The notes below the pieces were generated by a model. The model did not search any database and was not told the DNA's origin. It saw nothing but the letters and a program-made list of their open reading frames with translations. A stretch of DNA of 64,000 bases. Source: an uncultured Treponema sp. (GTDB lineage Bacteria > Spirochaetota > Spirochaetia > Treponematales > Treponemataceae). Position 1 is the stretch's first letter; each line of letters begins with the position of its first letter. Shown in pieces: positions 37,826-47,106 of this stretch. Where the stretch lies: positions 12,770-76,769 of the forward strand of contig ONET01000003.1 of the NCBI GenBank assembly GCA_900316905.1. The letters are read 5' to 3'. The position numbers and the translations under genes are program-made.

Positions 37826-39313
37826 TTATTCCGCCTTTTGCCTGCCGGTGTCGCGAATCACGCCGGGAATGTATTCCGGGTCTTTTGTCCGGACAATCGT
37901 TCCAGCCTGCAAATCGTATTTAGTGTAAATGACGCATTCATGGCCGTCGCAAGCCCAAAACTGTTCCAGGCCGCTTTCAGGGTCGATGAAAAGCCAAGAG
38001 TCTTTTTGGCTGACCACGGCAGTTACGTCAGGGCTTACGAATTCAATCTCTTGCCCGGCCTTGACCATGTTCATCGGTTGGTAGCGGTAGGCAAACCAAC
38101 CATCGCGGGCTGCGACGGCTGGCGGCGCCTTTTGGGGATGCTTTTTGTTGTCGGCCAAGCGCGCCTCGCGGGCGGCAGGGTGCATCGCGTCCAATTCCTT
38201 TTGGCGAGCCTCAATCGCGCTTTTGCCTTTGCGCAAAAGTTCGCGCAGCTCCGCGCCTGAAAGCCGGCCGCCGATTATCGCCGCCAAGTCGTAGGGGCTG
38301 TCGCTCGCGCCTGTTGTCGTCTCGTTTGCGTCGGCCGCGTTGTAGTAAAAGCCGGTGGTCGATTCGCGGTGGGCAACGTTTTCCAGTTCCGCCACAAAGG
38401 GAGCGGCTTCTTCTTGGCTGATTTTTCCTTCAAGCGCGTCCAAGGCCTTGCGGTAGGCCCGCGTGACAAGGGCAACGTAATAAAGGCTTTTCATGCGGCC
38501 TTCAATTTTTAGCGAGTCAACGCCGGCGGCCTTGAGGTCGGCCAAATGCTCTATCATGCGCAAGTCCTTGCTTGAAAGTATCGCGGTGAAATTTTCGCCT
38601 TCAAAAACCGGATGGAATTCTCCCGGCCTGGATTGTTCCTCCAAAAGAAGGGCGCCGCTCTGGGCTATTTGTTTTGCGCTTTTTTCGGTCAAGCGGCCGT
38701 CGCTTCCTAACTCAAAGTTCCACCTGCAGGCGTGGGAACAAAGGCCGCCTTGCGCGCTGCGGTTGGTCAAATAGGCGCTCATAAGGCAGCGGCCTGCGTA
38801 GGCTATGCACATCGCTCCGTGGACAAAAACTTCCAGCTCCATGTCGGGAACCGCGTCCTTGATTTGGCGGATTTCGGACAAGCCAGCTTCGCGGCCAAGC
38901 ACGACGCGGCTAAAGCCCATCGACTTGTAGATTTTTACGGCCTCGCGGTTTACGCAAGAAGCCTGGGTGCTAAGGTGCAGCGCGGCGTTGGGAAAATGCT
39001 TTTGCAGTATCGGAACGATTCCAATGTCCTGAACGATAAAGGCGTCTATCGGATATTGCTTAAAGTAATCCACGCTGTCCAAAAGCGCGTCGATGTCTTT
39101 GTTGTGGAATATTATGTTCAATGCGCAGTGAAGTTTTTTTTGCGGGAACTGTTCCTTTAGCGTCCGGACGCGCGCGATGTCGTCTTCATAAAAGTTGTCG
39201 GCCTTGGCTCGCAGGGAAAATTTTTTTAGGCCGATGTAGGCCGCGTCGGCGCCGTATGCGTATGCGTAATAAAGTTTTTGCGAGTTTCCCGCCGGGCTAA
39301 GAAGTTCCATCAA
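37826..39313 (-). CDS. U32 peptidase family (TrhP-like) protein
   Basis: ELLSPAG, HLSTQA, HGAMCIAYAGRCLMS...C...CRW, SLKIEGRMK. Confidence 0.9.
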   Translation of the reverse strand: MMELLSPAGNSQKLYYAYAYGADAAYIGLKKFSLRAKADNFYEDDIARVRTLKEQFPQKKLHCALNIIFHNKDIDALLDSVDYFKQYPIDAFIVQDIGIVPILQKHFPNAALHLSTQASCVNREAVKIYKSMGFSRVVLGREAGLSEIRQIKDAVPDMELEVFVHGAMCIAYAGRCLMSAYLTNRSAQGGLCSHACRWNFELGSDGRLTEKSAKQIAQSGALLLEEQSRPGEFHPVFEGENFTAILSSKDLRMIEHLADLKAAGVDSLKIEGRMKSLYYVALVTRAYRKALDALEGKISQEEAAPFVAELENVAHRESTTGFYYNAADANETTTGASDSPYDLAAIIGGRLSGAELRELLRKGKSAIEARQKELDAMHPAAREARLADNKKHPQKAPPAVAARDGWFAYRYQPMNMVKAGQEIEFVSPDVTAVVSQKDSWLFIDPESGLEQFWACDGHECVIYTKYDLQAGTIVRTKDPEYIPGVIRDTGRQKAE

Positions 39314-39315
39314 TC

Positions 39316-40320
39316 CTAAGCCTCTGCGGTTATGCTGTTTTCCAAAATCGGAGCGCGGCTCAAAGTCTGTTCGTCAACCGCTTCTCTTTTGAATGTGACA
39401 AGCTTTCCGACGCGTTCAATGGCCAAGTGCGATTCCGGCAAAAACTCATCGGCCATTTGGAACATGAACATCATGTCGGGCCATACGTCAAGCTCGCAAA
39501 CTTTTCCGGCTTTTTTGAAAATTTGTTGAAATGTTTTCGCGTCTTCAAGCAACATTTCTTTTTCTCCCATTTGTATAAAAACGGGAGGAAAATTTTCCAA
39601 GGCTTCTTCCGTGATGAACATTGGCGAGACCATTGGGTTTTCCAAGTTGCCGGAATATGTGTAAATGTCGCCGCTGCTTCTTAAAGCTTCGGAAGACAAA
39701 ATTTCATCGCGACTCTTTTTGTTTTTTATCAGCGCCGAATTTGGAGAAAGGCTTAGCCAGGGCGAAAAGAAAATCACTTGCTTGATGCAAGACCGGTAGC
39801 GTTCGCGCAACGACAGTATCAAAGCCATGGCTTGGCTCGCTCCGGATCCGTCGGCGGCGATGATTATTTCCGGCGAAAGGGGCGCTTTTCCGTCTACTGA
39901 GTCCAAAGAACACGCGACTTGTTCCTCTGTAAAAACATTTCTAAAAACGCTTTGCAAATCTTCCACGGACGCCGGAAAAGCGTAGGCGGGCGCAAGCCTG
40001 TATTCAGGAACTATGATTCTGCAAGAAGTCGCCGCCGCCAGCGTGGCGCAAAATTCCCGCCATGAATTTTTTGAGCCGCCGACAAAAGAGCCTCCGTGAA
40101 CGTAAATCATGATTCGATGCGATGAATACATTTCTGGAACAAGAACGTCGCACTGGATGTTTGCGTAAGCTTGTTCCGAACATTCAACATGGTTTGGCAA
40201 TATCGGGCAAGAAAATTTTTTGTCGATGTTTTTTCTAAAATCTTCTATTTGCTGTCTTGGCGTGTAAACAAGCGAGCGCAGTTTTTTTACAGCTGACTTT
40301 CTATCGGCGAGATTTTTCAT
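39316..40320 (-). CDS. HSL-like alpha/beta hydrolase fold protein with degenerate catalytic motifs
   Basis: YVHGGSF, YRLAP..FPA; DGSGA in place of GDSAG. Confidence 0.8.
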   Translation of the reverse strand: MKNLADRKSAVKKLRSLVYTPRQQIEDFRKNIDKKFSCPILPNHVECSEQAYANIQCDVLVPEMYSSHRIMIYVHGGSFVGGSKNSWREFCATLAAATSCRIIVPEYRLAPAYAFPASVEDLQSVFRNVFTEEQVACSLDSVDGKAPLSPEIIIAADGSGASQAMALILSLRERYRSCIKQVIFFSPWLSLSPNSALIKNKKSRDEILSSEALRSSGDIYTYSGNLENPMVSPMFITEEALENFPPVFIQMGEKEMLLEDAKTFQQIFKKAGKVCELDVWPDMMFMFQMADEFLPESHLAIERVGKLVTFKREAVDEQTLSRAPILENSITAEA

Positions 40321-40365
40321 AATTCTTTCATTTTAGCGCATTTCGCTCCATTTTGGCAAATGCTT

Positions 40366-43233
40366 TTAGTGGAACTGGCCCCAGTTGGAGCCGCTTTCTA
40401 TCGACACGCGCAGGGGAATCGAAAGCTGGACCGCGCCTTCCATTTTTTGGCGGAGGAGCGCGATTGTCTGCTCGATGACTTCCGGCTTGTCGGGACATTC
40501 CAAAATCAATTCGTCGTGGACTTGAAGCACGATGTCGGCGGCGCTGCCTTGAACGGGCGTGTTGACCGCGACGCGCTCGGCGGCGGCTTTTTCCACCTTG
40601 TTCTTGCTGTTGATGTTCATCACGCGGCGGCGGCGGCCCATGATTGTTTGGACATGGCCGCTTTCTTCCGCGCCTTTAATCGTGTCGTTGATAAAGGCGT
40701 TGATGGCGGAATATTGCTTAAAGTAATTTTCGATAAAGCTTTGCGCCTGCGTTCGCGGGATTCCAAGCTGCGCGGCCAGCCTAAAGGCGCTCATTCCGTA
40801 GATTACGCCAAAGTTGATTGTCTTTGCCGTCCGCCGCATTTCGGGCGTGACTTGGTCGGCGGGAACTCCGTAAATGAGCGAGGCCGTGGCCTTGTGAACG
40901 TCGTCGCCGTTGATGAAGGCCGCGCGCATGTTTTGGTCGCCCGAAAGGTGCGCCAAGACCACAAGCTCGATTTGCGAATAGTCGGCGCTTATCAACACTG
41001 TTCCCGGAACGGCTGTAAAGGCCGAGCGGATTTTGCGGCCCGCTTCGTTGCGGACCGGAATGTTTTGCAAGTTGGGGTCGCGGCTAGAAAGGCGGCCAGT
41101 CGCCGTTCCTGTTTGCATGAAGGATGTGTGGACGCGGCCTTGCTTGTCGGCCAGTTTTGGAAGGGCCTCGACATAGGTTGACTGCAGCTTTGAAAGCTCG
41201 CGGAATTTTAGTATTTTTGCCGGAACGGGGTCCAGCTCGGCAAGCTCTTCCAAAACGCTTGTGTCGGTTGAGTAGCCGGTCTTGGTTTTCTTTCCGTGCG
41301 GAAGGCCGCGCTCGGTGAACAAAACTTCCTGCAATTGCTTGGGCGAGGCGATGTTGAACTCGTGGCCGACTTGCTCGTAGATTTCTTTTTCGGCGGAGGA
41401 AATTTCTTTTTGCAAATCCTTGTTGTAGGAATCAAGCGCCGCCGAGTCCAAGTGGATTCCGGCCAATTCCATTTCGCCAAGAATTTTTATGAGCGGCATT
41501 TCGATTGTTTCAAAAAGTTCCAGCAAATTTTTATGCTTTAACTCGTCATAAAAAATTTTGTAAAGCTGGAAGGTAAAGTCCGCGTCTTCGGCGGCGTAAG
41601 GAACTGCCTTTTCAAGCGGAACGTCGCGGAATGTTTGTCCCTTGCCAACCAAGTCCTTGAACTCGATTCCGACAAGCGCGAGCTTTGTTTGGCCCAGCGT
41701 TTCAAGCGAGTAGGGCGAATGTCCGATTTTGTCCGGGTCCAAAAGCCAGGCAGCGATCATCGTGTCAAAAATTTTTGCCCTGCAATCTTCTTCGCGCAGG
41801 CCCGCCGTCCGCAAAACTTCGTAGTCAAACTTTGCGTTGTGCAGAACAAGCGTCCAATCCGCCGCCTTGAACAAGCGCGAGATTTGCTCCACCGCGTCTT
41901 GTTGGCTTACGCCGTCGCTAGAAAAAAGCGAGTCGCCTTGCGAGGCCACGGGAATGTAAAAGCCCGCGCCGTTTTTGTTTGAAAGGCTAAAGCCCACAAG
42001 CTGGGCCTCGGTTGTTTTTAAGGAATCGGTTTCGGTGTCCAGGGCGACGATTTTTTGCGGCGAGGAAAGGATGCCGTCCACCAATTTTTTTAGCTCGTCC
42101 GCGCTTGTGACGGCCTTGTAGTCGCCTTGGTTTTTGCGCAGGGGAAGAGGCGCGGGCACATCTTGGTTTTGCGAACCATAATCGGAAACTGACCCAGAAG
42201 CGGCGGAAGCGCCGGATTGGCCAGAAGCGTTGGACGAGGCGGAAACGCTTTCTTTACCAGAAACGCCGCCGCCTTGGCCGGCCGCGCCTTCCTGGCCAAA
42301 AAGTCCGTCCGCGCCATTTGCGTCGTCCAAAACTTTTTCGCCAGCCTCAACCGCCAGCGCGGCGAATTGCTTGGCCGGCTGAAAGGCCTGGTAGGCCTTT
42401 AACTTTTGGGCGGCGGCGGCGTAGTGGAATTCTGTCTTCGCGACGTTTTCCAATTCCTTGCCGGGAACCGTGTCGCAAAGGGTGATCAGTTTTTTGGAAA
42501 AGAAGGCGCTGTCTTTTCCGTCGCGAATCTTTTGTCCGATCGCGCCTTTTATTTCGTCCGCGTGTTCGTAGATGCCTTCGAGAGAGCCGTATTGGTCCAA
42601 AAATTTGCAGGCGGTTTTTACGCCTACGCCTTTTACGCCGGGAACGTTGTCAGCGGTGTCGCCGTAAAGCGAAAGCAAGTCCAAAAGCAGCTTGGGCTCC
42701 ACGCCCCACTCGGCCTTCACTCCTTCCGCTCCCACGACTTTCCAAACGTCGGCGTGGTCGGGCTTAAGGATTTGGACGCGCTCGCCGACCAATTGCATCA
42801 AGTCCTTGTCGCCCGAAAGTATGCGGACGCTTTTTCCTTGCTCCACCGCTTTGCGCGTGACGGTGGCGATGACGTCGTCGGCTTCGTAGCCTTCAACCCG
42901 CAAGGAAGGAACGCCAAGCGCTTCCAAAGTTTCCTCAATCCACGGAATTTGCGCGTGTAGGTCTTCGGGAGTTTTGGGGCGCGTGGCCTTGTAGTCGGAA
43001 TACATTTCGTGGCGGAAGGTTTTTCCTTTTGAGTCAAGGGCGGCGATCAAGGTCTTGGGCTTGTAATGCTCAATCATCGCGCGCAGGTTCCTAAAAAAGC
43101 CAAAGAGGGCGCTGATGTTGCGCCCGTTGGAATCTGTGAGCGGCCTTGAAATGAACGCGAAGTAGCAGCGGTAAATCAGGCCGTATGAGTCGATTATATA
43201 AATTGTGTCGTCGTTAAAAATTTCGTTTGCCAT
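40366..43233 (-). CDS. polA: DNA polymerase I
   Basis: 5'-3' exonuclease (YEADD, SGDKD, GDTADNVPG), DTET, TGRLSS, DYSQIEL, RRTAKTINFGVIYG, QVHDEL. Confidence 0.97.
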   Translation of the reverse strand: MANEIFNDDTIYIIDSYGLIYRCYFAFISRPLTDSNGRNISALFGFFRNLRAMIEHYKPKTLIAALDSKGKTFRHEMYSDYKATRPKTPEDLHAQIPWIEETLEALGVPSLRVEGYEADDVIATVTRKAVEQGKSVRILSGDKDLMQLVGERVQILKPDHADVWKVVGAEGVKAEWGVEPKLLLDLLSLYGDTADNVPGVKGVGVKTACKFLDQYGSLEGIYEHADEIKGAIGQKIRDGKDSAFFSKKLITLCDTVPGKELENVAKTEFHYAAAAQKLKAYQAFQPAKQFAALAVEAGEKVLDDANGADGLFGQEGAAGQGGGVSGKESVSASSNASGQSGASAASGSVSDYGSQNQDVPAPLPLRKNQGDYKAVTSADELKKLVDGILSSPQKIVALDTETDSLKTTEAQLVGFSLSNKNGAGFYIPVASQGDSLFSSDGVSQQDAVEQISRLFKAADWTLVLHNAKFDYEVLRTAGLREEDCRAKIFDTMIAAWLLDPDKIGHSPYSLETLGQTKLALVGIEFKDLVGKGQTFRDVPLEKAVPYAAEDADFTFQLYKIFYDELKHKNLLELFETIEMPLIKILGEMELAGIHLDSAALDSYNKDLQKEISSAEKEIYEQVGHEFNIASPKQLQEVLFTERGLPHGKKTKTGYSTDTSVLEELAELDPVPAKILKFRELSKLQSTYVEALPKLADKQGRVHTSFMQTGTATGRLSSRDPNLQNIPVRNEAGRKIRSAFTAVPGTVLISADYSQIELVVLAHLSGDQNMRAAFINGDDVHKATASLIYGVPADQVTPEMRRTAKTINFGVIYGMSAFRLAAQLGIPRTQAQSFIENYFKQYSAINAFINDTIKGAEESGHVQTIMGRRRRVMNINSKNKVEKAAAERVAVNTPVQGSAADIVLQVHDELILECPDKPEVIEQTIALLRQKMEGAVQLSIPLRVSIESGSNWGQFH

Positions 43234-43353
43234 GCGCGTATTGTAGCGCGCATTTTAGGCTTTTTCTATAGGAACAGGCAAATATCCAGTGTCATCTGCA
43301 GATTGGACTGGAATAAAATAGTCATACCCTAATACTTTATAATTCGCGTCCAT

Positions 43354-44220
43354 CTACTTTTCTTCCTCATCTTCCAAAAAGACAGAGGCCTTTGTATCTT
43401 CTGTAAGACCGATGCCGTCTCTTGCATTGAGTGGCGTAACGACTTTCTTTCCTGTTTTCTGCTCAAGTTCAATGCGGGCATTTTTTGCGATGCTTGCGCC
43501 GTCTACTGCATTCTTTACATGGTCGCTAAAATTTTTAGGGTCGTTGGATTCAGAGATTTCTTTTGTAGAAAGTTCCGCCAGCATATTCAAGACAAGTTCC
43601 TTGTTTGTCATATTATCGCGTAGATTCTCTTTTTTGAGGCCTTTGTATTCCTTGTATTCTTTTGCAGTTTTACCTGCCCAAGTTTTGTAAATAATGTCAG
43701 TAAGAGTGGCAAACTGAACGCCCTCTTTTAAACCGTGCTTTTTCCATTCGTCAGTAAGGTCTTTGCGGATTTCTATAGATTTTAGCCGCTGGTTTATCCA
43801 GTTTTCTGAGTATCCTAAGGCCCGGTATTCTGCCAAAGCCCGCCGTATTCCCTGTTCAGGATCCTGCATTTCGTCAAGACGTTCTTTTGCAACCTGAGCC
43901 ATCCAAAGTTTAAATGGCTCGGCCTTTGGAGAAGGAATTGACTGAATCAGGCGGAAAAGCTGCTCGGTATTAAGGCAATCTGTAAGACGCATTTTACCAT
44001 CTGGAGCTTGCATTTTCAAAGCGTGACAATTTGTCACGGTTTCATTTCCTTCTTCTTTGAGCCGTTGTTTTAGTTTTCGCCAATAGGCCGGAGCGTCTTT
44101 GCTTTCCGTCAAAATAGCAACTACATCCACAACCGAAAAATACCATTCTTCGCTTTCTTTATCCCAAAGGGCGCGGACTTTTTTGTCTTCAAAAAGCTTT
44201 ATCTGGGTATTTTCTGTCAT
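43354..44220 (-). CDS. Bro-N domain protein (antirepressor/DinD-like)
   Basis: WYFSVVDVV, YWRKLKQRL, DGKMRLTD, RLIQSIPSPKAEPFKLW, NLRDNMT. Confidence 0.87.
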   Translation of the reverse strand: MTENTQIKLFEDKKVRALWDKESEEWYFSVVDVVAILTESKDAPAYWRKLKQRLKEEGNETVTNCHALKMQAPDGKMRLTDCLNTEQLFRLIQSIPSPKAEPFKLWMAQVAKERLDEMQDPEQGIRRALAEYRALGYSENWINQRLKSIEIRKDLTDEWKKHGLKEGVQFATLTDIIYKTWAGKTAKEYKEYKGLKKENLRDNMTNKELVLNMLAELSTKEISESNDPKNFSDHVKNAVDGASIAKNARIELEQKTGKKVVTPLNARDGIGLTEDTKASVFLEDEEEK

Positions 44221-44402
44221 TCAATCACCTCCCAGTGACCATTCTTGTCTGCGCCTACTCGTTTGAGTAAATTCATTTTTTCAAGTTTTCATTGTAACAT
44301 GCTCCGCGTTGTTTTGCTAGTGTCAATATCAGCGCAACATGCGTCAAAATCATAAATTGACAGCGAAAAAAACTCGCCTCTATAATGGCGGCGGAGGAAA
44401 TA

Positions 44403-45446
44403 ATGAAAAAGTATTTTAGATTCGCCGCCAATTTTCGCGCGGTTGTGATTTTTCCATTTGCCTTTTGCGTCGCATTTTTTGCGGAGTCGTGCAGTTCCAG
44501 CGGAGAGAATGTAGGAGAGAATGTTGTTCTTGACAATGTGGAACTGAACAAAACAAGCTGCGCGGTAGTCATTCCAAAAGGAAAGACGGCGACGGTGGAT
44601 GTTACGGACGGATCTTATTGGGACAAGATTGTTTTTAAGGAAAGTGTGGAAGAATGGCGCGGTGTTTTTGTGCAAAATCGAAAAATAATATTGAGCGCCT
44701 TTTGCATGGGCCAGTATCCTGTCACGCAAGAACTGTTTGAAAAAGTCATGGGCTACAATCCCTGCTTGTTTAAGGACGACATTCCTGGCGAATCAACCGC
44801 GTTGCGCGCGGCGGACACAATTTCTTGGTTTGAAGGAATTGTCTTTTGCAACAAGCTTACGCAAGCGACGATGAAAGATTCCGATTGTGTTTATTACGCG
44901 AATTCCTCCTGCAAAAAAATCTATGACGAGGCGGACATGAAAAAGCGCGTCGTTCCGTTCTTCAACCAAAAGAAAAAGGGCTGGCGGCTCCCGACCGAAA
45001 CTGAATGGGAATACGCGGCCCGCGGCGGAATCGAAAATTTTGACAAAAGAAATTTCGCTTTTTCCGGAACGGCCAGCGCGGGCGGAAAGCTTGTCCTTGA
45101 CGGAAAAGGCAATGTGTTCACCGACGCCAACTTGGACGAATACGGCTGGTACCGCGCCAACTCAAACAAATCGACGCATGAAGTTGGATTAAAGAAGCCC
45201 AACGCGCTTGGCCTTTACGACATGACCGGAAACGTTTGGGAATGGATTTACGATTGGATTGACCACCACCTTGCGGAAGGAACCATTAAAAACCCGATTG
45301 GTCCGGAAACTGGCGCCGACCGTTGCCTGCGCGGAGGCTCTTGGTTTGACAACGCCTACGACTGCGTCCTTTGCAGGCGCTTTCACAACGCCCATCCCGG
45401 CATCGGACACTCGTATTTTGGCTTTAGGGTTTGCAGGAGTCTATAG
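44403..45446 (+). CDS. Formylglycine-generating-enzyme (SUMF1/CLec-fold) domain lipoprotein
   Basis: VTQ, RLPTETEWEYAARGG, PNALGLYDMTGNVWEW, RGGSW, GFRV; N-terminal lipobox-like Cys. Confidence 0.9.
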   Translation: MKKYFRFAANFRAVVIFPFAFCVAFFAESCSSSGENVGENVVLDNVELNKTSCAVVIPKGKTATVDVTDGSYWDKIVFKESVEEWRGVFVQNRKIILSAFCMGQYPVTQELFEKVMGYNPCLFKDDIPGESTALRAADTISWFEGIVFCNKLTQATMKDSDCVYYANSSCKKIYDEADMKKRVVPFFNQKKKGWRLPTETEWEYAARGGIENFDKRNFAFSGTASAGGKLVLDGKGNVFTDANLDEYGWYRANSNKSTHEVGLKKPNALGLYDMTGNVWEWIYDWIDHHLAEGTIKNPIGPETGADRCLRGGSWFDNAYDCVLCRRFHNAHPGIGHSYFGFRVCRSL

Positions 45447-45463
45447 GTAAATTCCGCGCTGGC

Positions 45464-45601
45464 AAGAAAAGAGCCCCGCGCGCGCGAGGCTCAGTTGTGA
45501 GAATGAAACAGAAAAACTGTTTTTGTTTGGTACAGAATCCTCTCCTTTTTTATTTATTTTCCCACCAATAAAAATTGTAGCGCGCCTTTGCAAAAACGCA
45601 A
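45464..45601 (-). ncRNA. Candidate stand-alone small transcript (sRNA or 14-aa peptide)
   Basis: Minus-strand TTGCGT-16-TACAAT promoter, AAAAGGAG, CTG-start ORF 45535-45491, then a GC hairpin followed by TTTTCTT. Confidence 0.45.
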
Positions 45602-45642
45602 TTGACTAATAATGCGAGCGCCTATACTTTTAATTGGAGTTT

Positions 45643-46392
45643 TTATTTTGAGCGTTTTTCAAACTTAAAGGCGTCCAAGAATTTTTGAGCGCGCTCAGTT
45701 TTGGGGGAATTGAAAAAATCGTCGGGCTTTCCTTCTTCCACAATTACGCCGTCGTCGATGAATACAATTCTGTCGGCCACCGCGCGGGCGAATTCCATTT
45801 GATGGGTAACAATCAGCATTGTGCGCCCTTCCTTGGCCAGGTCCATCATTACATCCAAAACTTCGCGAACCATTTCCGGGTCAAGCGCGGCGGTCACTTC
45901 GTCAAACAATAGAATTTCTGGATTCATGCACAGGGCGCGGACGATGGCCACGCGCTGTTTTTGGCCGCCCGAAAGCTGGCGGGGGAATGCGGATTTTTTT
46001 TCCAAAAGGCCCACGCGTTCCAAAAGTTTTTCGGCTTGCGCGGTCACTTGGGCCTTGTCGCGTTTTTGCGCTTTTACAGGGCCGAGCAAAACATTTTTTA
46101 GCACGGTCAAATTGGGGAACAAGTCGTAGCTTTGGAACACCATTCCGATTTTTTGGCGGACCAAGTGCATGTCGTTTTTCCTGTTGCTGATGACTTCGCC
46201 GTCCAAAAGAATTTCTCCGCCTTGTATTGATTCCAAACCGTTCACGCAGCGCAATAGAGTGGACTTTCCGCAGCCGGACGGACCAAGAATTACGACGACC
46301 TCTCCGCGCTCAACGTCCAGCGAAACGCCTTTTAAAATTCCGCCGGCCTCTTTGTATGACTTTACAAGATTCTTTATTTGCAATATTGGCAT
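45643..46392 (-). CDS. Polar amino acid ABC transporter ATP-binding protein
   Basis: GPSGCGKST, LSGGQKQR, LFDEVT.ALDPE. Confidence 0.95.
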   Translation of the reverse strand: MPILQIKNLVKSYKEAGGILKGVSLDVERGEVVVILGPSGCGKSTLLRCVNGLESIQGGEILLDGEVISNRKNDMHLVRQKIGMVFQSYDLFPNLTVLKNVLLGPVKAQKRDKAQVTAQAEKLLERVGLLEKKSAFPRQLSGGQKQRVAIVRALCMNPEILLFDEVTAALDPEMVREVLDVMMDLAKEGRTMLIVTHQMEFARAVADRIVFIDDGVIVEEGKPDDFFNSPKTERAQKFLDAFKFEKRSK

Positions 46393-46410
46393 AATTGTCT
46401 CCGCGTTTTC

Positions 46411-47106
46411 CTAGTTTTTCTTTTCTATTTTGTCGGCCACAAGCGAAAGCGACCAGCATACGATGAAGTACATGAAAAATATTACCGAATAAACCGCGAT
46501 CGACGCGGTCGGAATCGTTAGGCGGTTGGCCTCGATTATTTGCTGGCCAATTTTGACCACTTCTATCACTCCAACAAAAACCACCAGCGACGTTGTCTTT
46601 ATCATTCGCGTTATCAAATTCATGCTGACAGGAACAAGCCGCTTTACAGTTTGCGGAAGAATCACATACATAAAAATCTGCCGCTCGGTAAGGCCGATAG
46701 CCCGGCCGCTTTCGTATTGGTGGCGTGGAATCGACTGCAAGGCGCCTCTGACCAAGTCGCCCATTTCGGCGGTTCCCCAAAGCGAAAAGACCAAGATGGA
46801 CGCGGCCTCGCCGGAAATCGAAATGTCAAAGGCGCGCGTAAGGCCAAAGTAGGCCAAAAAAAGCAAGACCATTTGCGGCATTATCCGCATGAATTCAAGG
46901 TAAAGCGCGCAGACGGCGCGGACAAAACGCTTTTTGGAATTCATCACAAGGCCGAACAAAAAGCCCAGCGCGATTGAAATCAGCACTGATACGGCCGCGA
47001 TCCAAATGGTCACGCCCATTCCGCCAAGAAGCCGCGCTACGTTCCTTCCTTTTAAAAGAACGCTAAAGGCTGTCTTTATCGCCTCAAACGTTTCCGTACT
47101 GGCCAT
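46411..47106 (-). CDS. Polar amino acid ABC transporter permease
   Basis: Hydrophobic; EAA-like loop and IKTTSL. Confidence 0.92.
   Translation of the reverse strand: MASTETFEAIKTAFSVLLKGRNVARLLGGMGVTIWIAAVSVLISIALGFLFGLVMNSKKRFVRAVCALYLEFMRIMPQMVLLFLAYFGLTRAFDISISGEAASILVFSLWGTAEMGDLVRGALQSIPRHQYESGRAIGLTERQIFMYVILPQTVKRLVPVSMNLITRMIKTTSLVVFVGVIEVVKIGQQIIEANRLTIPTASIAVYSVIFFMYFIVCWSLSLVADKIEKKN

Noticed and set aside
45300-45500. FGE/CLec-fold lipoprotein C-terminus plus downstream hairpin as a DGR variable region (as in T. denticola TvpA)
   Set aside because: No reverse transcriptase, Avd or adenine-variant template repeat in the window, and the hairpin is explained as a terminator. A remote-target role cannot be excluded without the full genome.
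45602-45628. Plus-strand TTGACT...TATACT promoter antisense to the ABC ATPase
   Set aside because: The spacer is only 15 nt and no downstream sense feature exists; too weak to call.
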